Assembly: GCA_963716395.1 (NCBI GenBank)
Contig: OY970309.1
Coordinates: 1,344,001-1,408,000, forward strand
DNA from: an uncultured Fibrobacteria bacterium
Lineage (GTDB): Bacteria; Fibrobacterota; Fibrobacteria; UBA11236
Reading direction: 5' to 3'
Length of the DNA: 64,000 nucleotides
Numbering within the stretch: the stretch's first letter is position 1; the number at the start of each line of letters is the position of its first letter. The translations under genes were made by a program, and so were the position numbers. The notes beneath the pieces are model-generated. The model had not been told where the DNA came from. It saw only the letters and a list, made by a program, of their open reading frames with translations, and made no database searches. This document shows positions 27,919 through 38,564 of this stretch, in pieces.

Positions 27919-28455
27919 ATGCCGCAACATGATGCTGCGGGCCGCCGGAGATCGAACGTGGTCCGAGAAGCCGCAGTCGCTTTGATCCGCATAGAAGATG
28001 GTGCCGAAGAATATTTGATTCTGCGGCGCGCGTTGGACGAACGCGATCCCTGGTCCGGGCATTTCTCATTGCCCGGCGGCCGACGCGATCCCTCCGACCC
28101 GGATTTGCTGGCCACCTGCCTGCGCGAAACCCGCGAGGAATGCGGGGTGCAACTCGGTCAAGCGAGTTTGTTACGCATTCTGTCCCCGGCCACAGCCGGC
28201 AACGTTTTCGGCCACCCATCGCAGGTGACACCCTTTCTGTTCACATTGCCCCGGCGCCCGACCCTAGTTTTGGATGCGAAGGAGATCGCCGCCGCCCATT
28301 GGGTGACGGTGGATTACCTGCGCGATCCCGCCAACCAGATGCAAGCGGCGACCTTGCCCGAGCAACCCGGGCGCCTGTTTCCCGGAATTCGCCTCGGCGA
28401 CGGATTCATCTGGGGATTCACCTACAAAGTGCTGCAGGGGCTGCTCGGATTTTAA
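27919..28455 (+). CDS. Nudix hydrolase, CoA pyrophosphatase-like
   Basis: WSGHFSLPGG...LRETREECG Nudix box; IWGFT. Confidence 0.9.
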   Translation: MPQHDAAGRRRSNVVREAAVALIRIEDGAEEYLILRRALDERDPWSGHFSLPGGRRDPSDPDLLATCLRETREECGVQLGQASLLRILSPATAGNVFGHPSQVTPFLFTLPRRPTLVLDAKEIAAAHWVTVDYLRDPANQMQAATLPEQPGRLFPGIRLGDGFIWGFTYKVLQGLLGF

Positions 28456-28485
28456 CCCGACAACCCCCTGCGTTCCGCATTTGCC

Positions 28486-29421
28486 TTAAAACGCTGAGGC
28501 CAAGGAAACCTTGAACAAAACCGGCGCCACGATTTGGTTGCCCTTCACGTTTTGCAGCACCGGCCATTCGGCATCGGCATAGAATTTCACCGGGTGAAAA
28601 TGGAATTCAAGGCCCGGAGACAGCAAAATGCGCTGGTATCCCGAAGCGACGGGATCGGCGGAATTGGGTCCGGTGTCGCGCAGGCGTTCCGACGCGATGA
28701 TTTGCGCCAGGGGTTTGATCTGGACCAAACCCAGCATGAGCGGGTTATAGTGGATTCCCAGGGATTCGTCGAACTCCGATCCGGGCGTGTAACCGTCTTG
28801 AGAAAGAAACGGCACATCCAATTGCGCCATGAACAGCCAGGTCCAACGGTTGCTGGCCGTCAAAGCATGGCGGAAGAATCCGCCGGCCAAGACGTCGGTG
28901 CTGCCGCTGCCGATTTGGGTGTCGCGATCCACGACGTCGGAGTCTTGGGTGTGGCTGCCCGTCGGTAATTTCAATCCCAGGCTGACTCCGGTGGACAGGT
29001 CCTCGGAAAATCCGGTGTACATTCCCTGGATGCGAATGTCGCCGACTCCGCTGAAATTATCCGCAACCAAATTGCCGTCATCATCCTCGGTATTGAAATA
29101 CCGGAACCAGTACGGCGCTTCGACTTTAACGCCCCAACTGCGGTTGAAGAGGTATTGCAGCCCCAGCGTCAGGAAATGCGTGCTGATTTCTTTGTCGTCA
29201 TTGCTGTCGGCCGGGGCGCTGGAGGTCCCGCTCCAGTTTTGGTTTTGATCCTGGTAGTCATAATTCAGATACACCATGCCGCCCGCGCCGGAGGGCAACA
29301 TGGAACTGGTGCCCACATTGAATACGCCGCATCCGCAGGCACAGGCCGCGGCCGGTATCGGCGCCAGCACTATTCCGGCGGATAGCAGGAAAATGAGTTT
29401 AACGTAAAATGAAGATTTCAT
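28486..29421 (-). CDS. Outer-membrane beta-barrel (MetA-pathway/phenol-degradation transporter-like) with N-terminal CACGC motif
   Basis: Signal peptide then ACACGCG; SGVGDI, LGLKLPTG, QIGSGSTD; alternating beta-strands; C-terminal Phe. Confidence 0.8.
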   Translation of the reverse strand: MKSSFYVKLIFLLSAGIVLAPIPAAACACGCGVFNVGTSSMLPSGAGGMVYLNYDYQDQNQNWSGTSSAPADSNDDKEISTHFLTLGLQYLFNRSWGVKVEAPYWFRYFNTEDDDGNLVADNFSGVGDIRIQGMYTGFSEDLSTGVSLGLKLPTGSHTQDSDVVDRDTQIGSGSTDVLAGGFFRHALTASNRWTWLFMAQLDVPFLSQDGYTPGSEFDESLGIHYNPLMLGLVQIKPLAQIIASERLRDTGPNSADPVASGYQRILLSPGLEFHFHPVKFYADAEWPVLQNVKGNQIVAPVLFKVSLASAF

Positions 29422-29518
29422 TTTTTTCCTGTTCTGTTATTTGTTTAAAGCCAAATCCATCTAACACAGGCCGCGGAAAAGCGGCTTTTTATCGAGAACG
29501 CCGGAGAAAAAACGGGTT

Positions 29519-29974
29519 TTAAACGATGGGGATTTTAAGCGTCGGCCGTGGATAACCGGTTTGTGTGGCGGCATCGATTCGAAATGACAGAGGCTCGGTG
29601 GATGCGATGGGCCGCCAAAGAAAATTCGGTTCGGGGAGTGGCGACGAAATCATTTCTTGGGCAAAGGCCCGGTGCGAGGTGCAAGTCGCCAGATAAGGCT
29701 GTTCCAGGGTCGGGCGATCCTGCGCGTCATAGGCCCTGCCCACCTCGACATAGGTTTTGGGGCACATGCAGTCTTTGGGACAGCCGTCGGGATGATGGGG
29801 ACAGGTGGCGATGTAAATCCTGCCGTTCACCGTGATGCGCAGCGCGGCCGACAAGGCGCCGTGATTTCCGAAGTCATACGATCCCATGGAGGCCAGGTTT
29901 ACGAGCCAGACGGCGATCCAAGCCACCCCGATGCCGCTCCGCCCCGCCCGGCGCCACCAGCGTACATGCCGCAT
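29519..29974 (-). CDS. Cys/His-rich small exported/membrane protein (DUF2946-like leader candidate)
   Basis: N-terminal basic + hydrophobic segment; CPHHPDGCPKDCMCPK; Pro-rich end YPRPTLKIPIV. Confidence 0.65.
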   Translation of the reverse strand: MRHVRWWRRAGRSGIGVAWIAVWLVNLASMGSYDFGNHGALSAALRITVNGRIYIATCPHHPDGCPKDCMCPKTYVEVGRAYDAQDRPTLEQPYLATCTSHRAFAQEMISSPLPEPNFLWRPIASTEPLSFRIDAATQTGYPRPTLKIPIV

Positions 29975-30036
29975 GGATAAAATCTACTCACCGGCTTTGT
30001 GCGTTCCGCACGCAGCGGGGAGTTTAGATTTGCAGT

Positions 30037-30696
30037 ATGCGTCCGGAGCGAAAATTGGCGCCCAGCATTTTGAATGCCGACTTCGGGCATTTGTCGCATG
30101 AGGTGCAAACCGTGGAACGCGCCGGCGCCGATTGGATTCACCTCGACGTGATGGATGGGCGCTTCGTGCCCAACCTCACCCTCGGGCCGGTGGTGGTGGA
30201 GGCGGTGCGGCGCCATACCCAACTTCCCCTCGACTGCCATTTGATGGTGGTGGAGCCGGAAAAACTCGTGGCCGATTTCGCCCAAGCCGGCGCCGCTTCG
30301 ATCACCGTGCATGCCGAGGCGACCCATCATCTCGACTCCCTGTTGCATTTCATCAAAGCACAGGGCTGCCGGGCCGGCGTGAGCTTGAACCCGGCCACGC
30401 CGATCGGCGTGCTGGAAAACATCTTGCCCGAGGCCGATCTGGTGTTGCTGATGTCGGTGAATCCCGGCTTCGGGGGCCAGAAGTTCATTCCCTATTGCCT
30501 GGAGAAGGCGCGCGCGCTGCGCTCGCAATGCGACGCCCGCGGACTGCGCACCGATATTCAAATGGACGGCGGCATTTCCCTGGGCAATGCCGGAGAAATT
30601 CTGGACGCGGGCGTGAATGTGCTGGTGGTGGGAACCGCGATTTTCGGTGCGGCCGATCCGGGTTCGGCCACGGCGCAATTCAAGGCGTTGCTGTAA
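30037..30696 (+). CDS. rpe: Ribulose-phosphate 3-epimerase
   Basis: APSILNADF, HLDVMDGRFVPNLT, DCHLM, MSVNPGFGGQKF, MDGG. Confidence 0.98.
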   Translation: MRPERKLAPSILNADFGHLSHEVQTVERAGADWIHLDVMDGRFVPNLTLGPVVVEAVRRHTQLPLDCHLMVVEPEKLVADFAQAGAASITVHAEATHHLDSLLHFIKAQGCRAGVSLNPATPIGVLENILPEADLVLLMSVNPGFGGQKFIPYCLEKARALRSQCDARGLRTDIQMDGGISLGNAGEILDAGVNVLVVGTAIFGAADPGSATAQFKALL

Positions 30697-30786
30697 GCGG
30701 GCTTTTCGAGCCGGCGCTGTGCCGCCGGCCGCCGTCAAAACGCACCGCCGTATTTAGTTTATACCGGAACCAGGGGAGGACGGTTT

Positions 30787-31956
30787 ATGTTGCGTTACGC
30801 CATTTATTTTCTTGCATCGGCTTTTCCGCTCGCGTTGTGTGCCCAGGATTCCACGAGCGCCACGGCCGCAGCCAAACCCGCCGCGACGGCCGGGTTCGCG
30901 CAGATCACCCATGTGGGTTTCGACACTTTGTCGCTGGGCGGAACTTTCCAAGTCCAGGGCTTTTACCACGACATGGATGATGACAATGATCAAAACAAAC
31001 AACTAAGCCTGTCGGTCAATGAATTCCGCCTGGATCTCAACGGCGTCTACAACGAACATTTCGGCGTGTTGGGGCAATTCCTGGTGCAAGCCAATGCGCA
31101 ACAACTCGGCATCGAAAACGCCTATGGCTTTTTTCACGCCGGCGAATGGGTTTTCAAGGCGGGTAAGCTGGCCAAGCCTTTTTCCATGGAGGCTTTGCAG
31201 GATGATGCGACCCTCCCCACCGTGCAGCGCGGCGAACTCTATAACAACTTTCTGGTCAACACCACCGGTTACGCTCTGTACGACGTAGGCGCCACGATAC
31301 AAGGCGGATTCGTCGACGCCGGTAATGCGTTGACTTATGAAATCGGACTTTTCAACGGCAAGCAAAACAACTCTCCCGACTCGAATTACAGCGGTGCGCA
31401 ATACGTGACGCAAGACGCGGGATTCCGGGCCAAAGACTTCGCGGGTCGCCTGGCATACAAGGGTTTGGGCGGTCTCGAAGCCGATTTGGCCTTTTCGACC
31501 AAGACGGCCGAAGTGTTAAACGGTCCGGGTAATCTCGACGTGAAAGGCATCGCCGCCTATGAGGCCGGCCTGGCTTACGAACGCCAGGGTCTGCGCTTTC
31601 AGGGTGAAATCGCCTGGGGCGACAATCAAAACGGATTGGACTCGAACATCGTCGAGGCGGACAGCAGTTCGGAGTTTCTCGCCTTTTACGCCATGCTCTT
31701 GTGGCGGCATCAATATTCGCATGGCCGCGCCAGCGAAGCCCTGGTGAAAATGCAAGGATTGGATCCGACCATGAGCTTCTCCGGCAGCAGCAAACCCAAC
31801 GATGGAAAATTCCGTTACACCTTAGGCGCGAATTACTTCTTCACCCCGAAAGTTTCCGTATTGCTCGACTACGGCATTTTACAGCCCATCACCAAGGTCG
31901 CGGGGGAGGGCCATTTGGTCTATGATCTCGACGCCCTGTGGCGTCTTAATTTTTGA
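30787..31956 (+). CDS. Outer-membrane porin, OprO/OprP-like
   Basis: Signal peptide; IENAY..KAGKLAKPFSME, YDVGA, GLFNG, LGANYFF; C-terminal WRLNF. Confidence 0.75.
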   Translation: MLRYAIYFLASAFPLALCAQDSTSATAAAKPAATAGFAQITHVGFDTLSLGGTFQVQGFYHDMDDDNDQNKQLSLSVNEFRLDLNGVYNEHFGVLGQFLVQANAQQLGIENAYGFFHAGEWVFKAGKLAKPFSMEALQDDATLPTVQRGELYNNFLVNTTGYALYDVGATIQGGFVDAGNALTYEIGLFNGKQNNSPDSNYSGAQYVTQDAGFRAKDFAGRLAYKGLGGLEADLAFSTKTAEVLNGPGNLDVKGIAAYEAGLAYERQGLRFQGEIAWGDNQNGLDSNIVEADSSSEFLAFYAMLLWRHQYSHGRASEALVKMQGLDPTMSFSGSSKPNDGKFRYTLGANYFFTPKVSVLLDYGILQPITKVAGEGHLVYDLDALWRLNF

Positions 31957-32070
31957 AATCGCCGTGCGCAAATTCCCCGTTTCCACGGATTTCGGCACCG
32001 GGGGGGTTACAATCCGTTGCTGGCGCACCGTCCGCTGCGCGAGTACTTTAAAGCCTGCAAGGAGGGTGTT

Positions 32071-32562
32071 ATGCAAAGCAAAACTTTCATCGGAGTATGG
32101 TGTGCGGCCGCGGCGCTGGCCACGGGCGTATGGGCCGGCGATCAATGCGGAATGCAGAATGAAGCGTCTGCGAATGGAGCGGCCAACAAGGTGGCCATCC
32201 AAACGGCGGACATGGCCGCGCATCCCGCAGCCGATTTCCCGGAAATCGCGCGGGCCGATCTGGCCAAAGCCGTCGCGGACAAATCCGTTTTCGTGGTCGA
32301 CGCCAACAGCGCCGAATCCTTCGCGGCCGGCCGCATTCCCGGCGCCGTACATTTCGACGCCGACGCGCAGACGTTTTCGGGTCCGCTCCCCAAAAACAAA
32401 GAAGCGTTCATCGTGGCTTATTGCGGCGGGCCGGGTTGCCAAGCCTGGTGCGGCGCGGCTTCGGCGCTGAAGAAAATGGGTTACACCAATATTCATCACT
32501 ACAAGGGCGGCATCAAAGGCTGGAAAACCGCCGGCCTGAAAGTGGATAAAAGCGAAGGCTGA
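32071..32562 (+). CDS. Exported rhodanese-like domain protein
   Basis: AAGGAGG RBS, signal peptide, VVDAN..F..GRIPGA, YCGGPGC, YKGGIKGW. Confidence 0.9.
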   Translation: MQSKTFIGVWCAAAALATGVWAGDQCGMQNEASANGAANKVAIQTADMAAHPAADFPEIARADLAKAVADKSVFVVDANSAESFAAGRIPGAVHFDADAQTFSGPLPKNKEAFIVAYCGGPGCQAWCGAASALKKMGYTNIHHYKGGIKGWKTAGLKVDKSEG

Positions 32563-32597
32563 ATCGGGTCGCGCCGCCGCCGCCATTGCGCCGCGAT

Positions 32598-33416
32598 TTA
32601 TAACAACTGCATCAGCACAGAAAAGTCGGAATCGGCCAGACCGCGGCGCATGCCTTCGTCGTATTGCTGCTTGAGACCGCGCAACTGGGGTAACGGCAAA
32701 GTTGCGGCGGTTTCCAGGGCCAGCCGCAAATCCTTGTCCATGTGCTTGAGCGAAAATTGCGGGGCGTAATCGCCGGCGCGCAGCTTCGGTTCCTTGAGAT
32801 CGGAAATCCCCGAACGCGAGGCGTTCACTTTTAGAGCCGCGAAAAAAATTTCGTCGGGAATATTTTCGGCGCGGGCCAAGCGCAGGCTTTCGCACAGCGC
32901 CTGCATTTGCAGGGCGATGTTGGCGTTCATGCACAGCTTGAGCGACGAAGCGCTGCCGAGGGGTCCGATGTGCAGCAGCGTTTGTCCCAGCCGCGAGAGC
33001 AGGGGGCGGGCGGCTTGGACCTTTGCCTCATCGCCGCCGAGATAAAACACGGTTTTGCGGGCCTCGGCGGCCGGTTTGCTGCCGGTGAAAGGCGCTTCGA
33101 GAAAGCGCGCGCCGGCGTTTTCAACGCGTTGCGCAAAGCGCCGGTTCCAGACGGCCGACACCGTACTGCATTGTATCAGCAGCGATCCCGGGCTCAACGA
33201 CGGTGCGATGCGGTCCAGCACCTGATCCACGGCCGGGGGATCCGACACCACGACCATAATGAAATCGGCGTCGCGCACGGCTTCGGCCGCGTCGGAGATG
33301 AAGCCGGGAACAGCTTTGGGCGTGCGGTTCCAAACCGTCAGAGGAATTCCGTCGGCGCGCAGGTTCGCAGCCCAGGCCTCGCCGATGATTCCCAGACCTA
33401 AAATGGTGGTTTTCAT
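32598..33416 (-). CDS. Beta-hydroxyacid dehydrogenase (3-hydroxyisobutyrate DH/6PGD family)
   Basis: ILGLGIIG, VWNRT, EAPFTGS, LKLCMN, HMDKDLRLAL. Confidence 0.92.
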   Translation of the reverse strand: MKTTILGLGIIGEAWAANLRADGIPLTVWNRTPKAVPGFISDAAEAVRDADFIMVVVSDPPAVDQVLDRIAPSLSPGSLLIQCSTVSAVWNRRFAQRVENAGARFLEAPFTGSKPAAEARKTVFYLGGDEAKVQAARPLLSRLGQTLLHIGPLGSASSLKLCMNANIALQMQALCESLRLARAENIPDEIFFAALKVNASRSGISDLKEPKLRAGDYAPQFSLKHMDKDLRLALETAATLPLPQLRGLKQQYDEGMRRGLADSDFSVLMQLL

Positions 33417-33507
33417 TTTCCCTCCGCTGGAATCCTTATTTGCGGTTGCTTCCTGTTCATGAGTCCAATATCCCAGCGCCGGCCTTCCGGATCGCCGCCA
33501 GTTCCGG

Positions 33508-35187
<1,680 letters not shown>

Positions 35188-35850
35188 GAATTCTTCCTTG
35201 CTTGCGGATGATTACCGCCAAACTTAGAAATCGGGGGGCGCGCCTTCCGACGGCCTCCACTGGGTTTTGCCCAGGTGCACGACCGGGAGGACCACGATGG
35301 TAGTATGTGATTTACGTCACCATACCAAACACTTTGAGCGCGACGGTCCCGCCCAATTTCCTCATCCCGTTTTTTCGAAGTGGACTCGTTGGCGTTTCAT
35401 ACGGGAAGCCGAAGAGGGTGAAGTCCCCATTGCAGAAATCCGCACAGGAAGAGCTTGAGCAGAGCGGCGAGGATGAATCCGTGAAATGGCTGGATGAACC
35501 GGAAGCGACCTTGCAGGGCAGAGAGCGAAGTTTGGGTTGGCGTGAAGAAGGCGCCGATTCTGAGGAGTGAAGGATGAATTTGGAAAGTGAAAATTCGGAA
35601 AAACCCGAATTTTGGAGTCGAGCCGCAAGACGGTTGGGAAAGCAGTGGGAGGATTTGAACTAGGAAAACAGCTTCGATTTACCCATACACCACTCATTTT
35701 AGGGGATAAATTAAGAGATCAGATAACTTTGGCGAAAAAACGAGAGTATTCGCAACTTTGGGAAACCGCTTGGAATCAAAATCCGAAGTCTGCAAAAATT
35801 GGTGAGCATTGCGTAAAGACGTGGAACTTTAGAGAATCATCGAGGAGTAT

Positions 35851-37635
35851 ATGAACGCTATCAAAATTGCCGCGTTGGGATGGTTGCTTTGGGTGCCGGC
35901 ATCCGCGCAATTCACCTCCAGTAGTTGTCCCGGCGGAGCGGGTGCAACCTTGGCCCCCTCGGATTTCACCTTCACCGAGCTCGCCAAAGGCTCGAACTCG
36001 GTTTGGAACGAGCCGGTGAGTTTCGACTTGCAAGGCGTTTATAATGCCGCCGGGGATTCGGTCACCCAAGTCAACATGTTCTTCGCGGAACGCACCACCG
36101 GCAATGTCATGTATTACGACGGAGCCACCGGTAAATTGAGCGTGGCCGGCACGATTCCCACTTACGGGCAGACGCATACCGGCGAACAAGACAATGGTCT
36201 GATGGGGGTGGTGGTCGATCCCAATTACAACACCGATCGCTTCATCTACGTCTGGTTTTCGGCGCCGATAGCCAACCCGAATGATAATCGCCGCATGCGG
36301 TTGGCGCGCATCAAGGTCAATGCCGACAATACCTTGAACATGTCGTCTGAGCAGATCATGATCGACATTCTCGAGAGTAAAAGCGATCAATGGCATACCG
36401 GTGGGCCGATGCAATTCGACAGCTATGGCGATCTCTGGGGCACCATGGGAAACAACAGTACTGATGTGGATCCCGCGGGAGATCAAATCGGCTCGACCGA
36501 CAGTTCCAACACTGCCATGTGGGGCCCGCCCAACACGGCCAGCCTGCGGGGCGGCATTTGGCGCATTCATCCCGACACGACTGCAACTTCGGTCGACACG
36601 GTCGGGCGCAGCATTTATGGGCCGGGATATACCATTCCCGCCGGCAATTTCGGCGATTACTGGGCGACGCAATTTCAAAGCCAGGGTCTTACCGGCTTGG
36701 CGGCGGAATACCGCAATCCCAAGAAAGTGCTTCCGGAGATTTACGTGAAGGGCGAGCGCAGCAATTTTTCCCTGCACATCGATGCCAAAAAGCGTTGGCT
36801 CACTTGGGGAACGGTGAATTACAATTCCGACGCCGACGAGTTTAATTTGGTCACCCATCCCGCCTTTACGGGCATGCCTTTTTGGGAAGGCAACAACCGG
36901 CAATTACCGTGGCCGAGCGGTTATAGCAACAATCTGAATATGCCCACCAACTTCTCTCCTTTTAACAGCGGGGTCGACACCTTGCCTCCCGCCACTCCCA
37001 GCGTGTTTGCCTGCTGCTCGCCCATGAGCAACAATACGGCCATGGGCGGTCCGATTTACGAATTCAATCCCTATTTGAAAAACCGGGGAAAGCTGCCGCC
37101 CCATTTCAATAACTATTGGTTCAACATGAATTTTCAGGCAAGCACGATTTGGACCAGCCCGGTGGATACGACCAACCCGACCGCCCCGGGAACTCCGGTG
37201 CAATTGAGCGGTACGGGAAAACTGTGGGCCAATTTGCCCTTGCGCAGTCCTTTGAGTATCAAGGTCGGTCCGGACGGGGCGATGTACATCCTGAACTACG
37301 ATGGCTATTACAGCACGATGAACCCGAGCGTTGCCCGAGTGACTTATACTGGAAGTTGTGTGGTGGTGGCATCGGTCGCGGTGAAGCCCAAGATCACCGA
37401 ACCCGAAGTCGAGTTCTCCGTCACCCAAAACGATTTTTGGATTGGCGAACAGGGGCCGCATGAATTCAGCTTATACGATCTGCAAGGCCACCGCTTGGTG
37501 CGATTGTTGGGGACCGGCCCTACCCAGTATTCCTTTGCCGACTTGCACAGCCGCTATCAATTGAAGGCCGGCATCTATCTGGCCCGTCTGCAAACGACGC
37601 GGGGAACGCTGTTCCGTAAAATTTCGATGTTCTGA
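35851..37635 (+). CDS. Secreted glucose/sorbosone (PQQ-dependent sugar) dehydrogenase-family protein with T9SS-type tail
   Basis: Signal peptide; GLMGVVVDPNY, HTGGPMQFDSYGDLW, GPDGAMYILNY; tail LYDLQGH...AGIYLARL. Confidence 0.85.
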   Translation: MNAIKIAALGWLLWVPASAQFTSSSCPGGAGATLAPSDFTFTELAKGSNSVWNEPVSFDLQGVYNAAGDSVTQVNMFFAERTTGNVMYYDGATGKLSVAGTIPTYGQTHTGEQDNGLMGVVVDPNYNTDRFIYVWFSAPIANPNDNRRMRLARIKVNADNTLNMSSEQIMIDILESKSDQWHTGGPMQFDSYGDLWGTMGNNSTDVDPAGDQIGSTDSSNTAMWGPPNTASLRGGIWRIHPDTTATSVDTVGRSIYGPGYTIPAGNFGDYWATQFQSQGLTGLAAEYRNPKKVLPEIYVKGERSNFSLHIDAKKRWLTWGTVNYNSDADEFNLVTHPAFTGMPFWEGNNRQLPWPSGYSNNLNMPTNFSPFNSGVDTLPPATPSVFACCSPMSNNTAMGGPIYEFNPYLKNRGKLPPHFNNYWFNMNFQASTIWTSPVDTTNPTAPGTPVQLSGTGKLWANLPLRSPLSIKVGPDGAMYILNYDGYYSTMNPSVARVTYTGSCVVVASVAVKPKITEPEVEFSVTQNDFWIGEQGPHEFSLYDLQGHRLVRLLGTGPTQYSFADLHSRYQLKAGIYLARLQTTRGTLFRKISMF

Positions 37636-37726
37636 TCGAGAAGTTTCGATTTACCTACGCCCGCTTCCGCTCTCTCCGACGTCAAAACCCCTGGCATTCA
37701 CGGGCCCGTGCCGGTATTTTCCGGGC

Positions 37727-38491
37727 ATGCAGGCTTCGACCCATTTTATCGCCTTCCGTCCCTGGGGCCGAGTGCATGGGGCGGCTCTGTTGGTCATTTT
37801 CGCGATCACCGTCGGCCTGCCGCTGGGGACATTGCGTCTGCATTCCGCCCGGATGGTAGAAGCGGTGGCCATTGGTCTGGGTTGTGTTCTGCTTGCCTCC
37901 GAGTTGTGCCCGCTGATCTGGTACGGCTCCCAGGGCGTACCCTGGGGCGATTTGCTTCCGCTTGATCTCTGCGACTTGACGGTTTTCACCACCGCCGCTG
38001 CGCTATTCCTCCGCCGGCCCTTTTTGTACGAGCTCGCTTATTTCTGGGGCATGGGTGGAACCTTGCAGGCCTTGCTGACTCCCGAGCTGCAAAACGGTTT
38101 TCCCAGCCTCGATTTCTGGTTCTTCTTCGTGCCGCACGGAATGGTCATGGTCGGAGTGATCTATGCGACCGCGGTGCTGGGATTGCGCCCCTGGCCGCGT
38201 TCCATCTTGCGCGTATTCCTGTGCACGGCCGCACTGGCGGTGTTGGTCACCCCGGTCGATTGGCTCTTGCATGCGAACTATCTCTTTCTTTGCCGCAAGC
38301 CCGAAGCTGCCTCCCTTCTGAACTATTTGGGTCCCTGGCCTTGGTATCTTCTCAGCCTCGTGCCCGTGACCTTGGCCTTTCTCGTGCTCGGGTATTTGCC
38401 TTTCTGGTGGAAGGATCGATGGGCCCGAACCCACGGCGCGAAAACCGGCGCGGCCCGCGTCCGCAGGCGCGGGGTCCATCCCCCGCCCTGA
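37727..38491 (+). CDS. YwaF/TIGR02206-like integral membrane protein
   Basis: LPLDLCD, YFWGMGGTLQALLTP, ANYLFL..KP...SLLNYLGPWPWY. Confidence 0.9.
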   Translation: MQASTHFIAFRPWGRVHGAALLVIFAITVGLPLGTLRLHSARMVEAVAIGLGCVLLASELCPLIWYGSQGVPWGDLLPLDLCDLTVFTTAAALFLRRPFLYELAYFWGMGGTLQALLTPELQNGFPSLDFWFFFVPHGMVMVGVIYATAVLGLRPWPRSILRVFLCTAALAVLVTPVDWLLHANYLFLCRKPEAASLLNYLGPWPWYLLSLVPVTLAFLVLGYLPFWWKDRWARTHGAKTGAARVRRRGVHPPP

Positions 38492-38564
38492 ACAAAGCGG
38501 TCTGGCGGCGGTCCGCCCCGGGGAAAGCGTGGACATTATTTTCAAAGGGGATACCGGGGAAAAA

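Noticed and set aside
35297-35570. Small ORFs upstream of ettA on + (54 aa from ATG 35297 with GGAGG; 87 aa from 35307)
   Set aside because: Two competing frames and no recognisable motif; cannot decide whether either is real.
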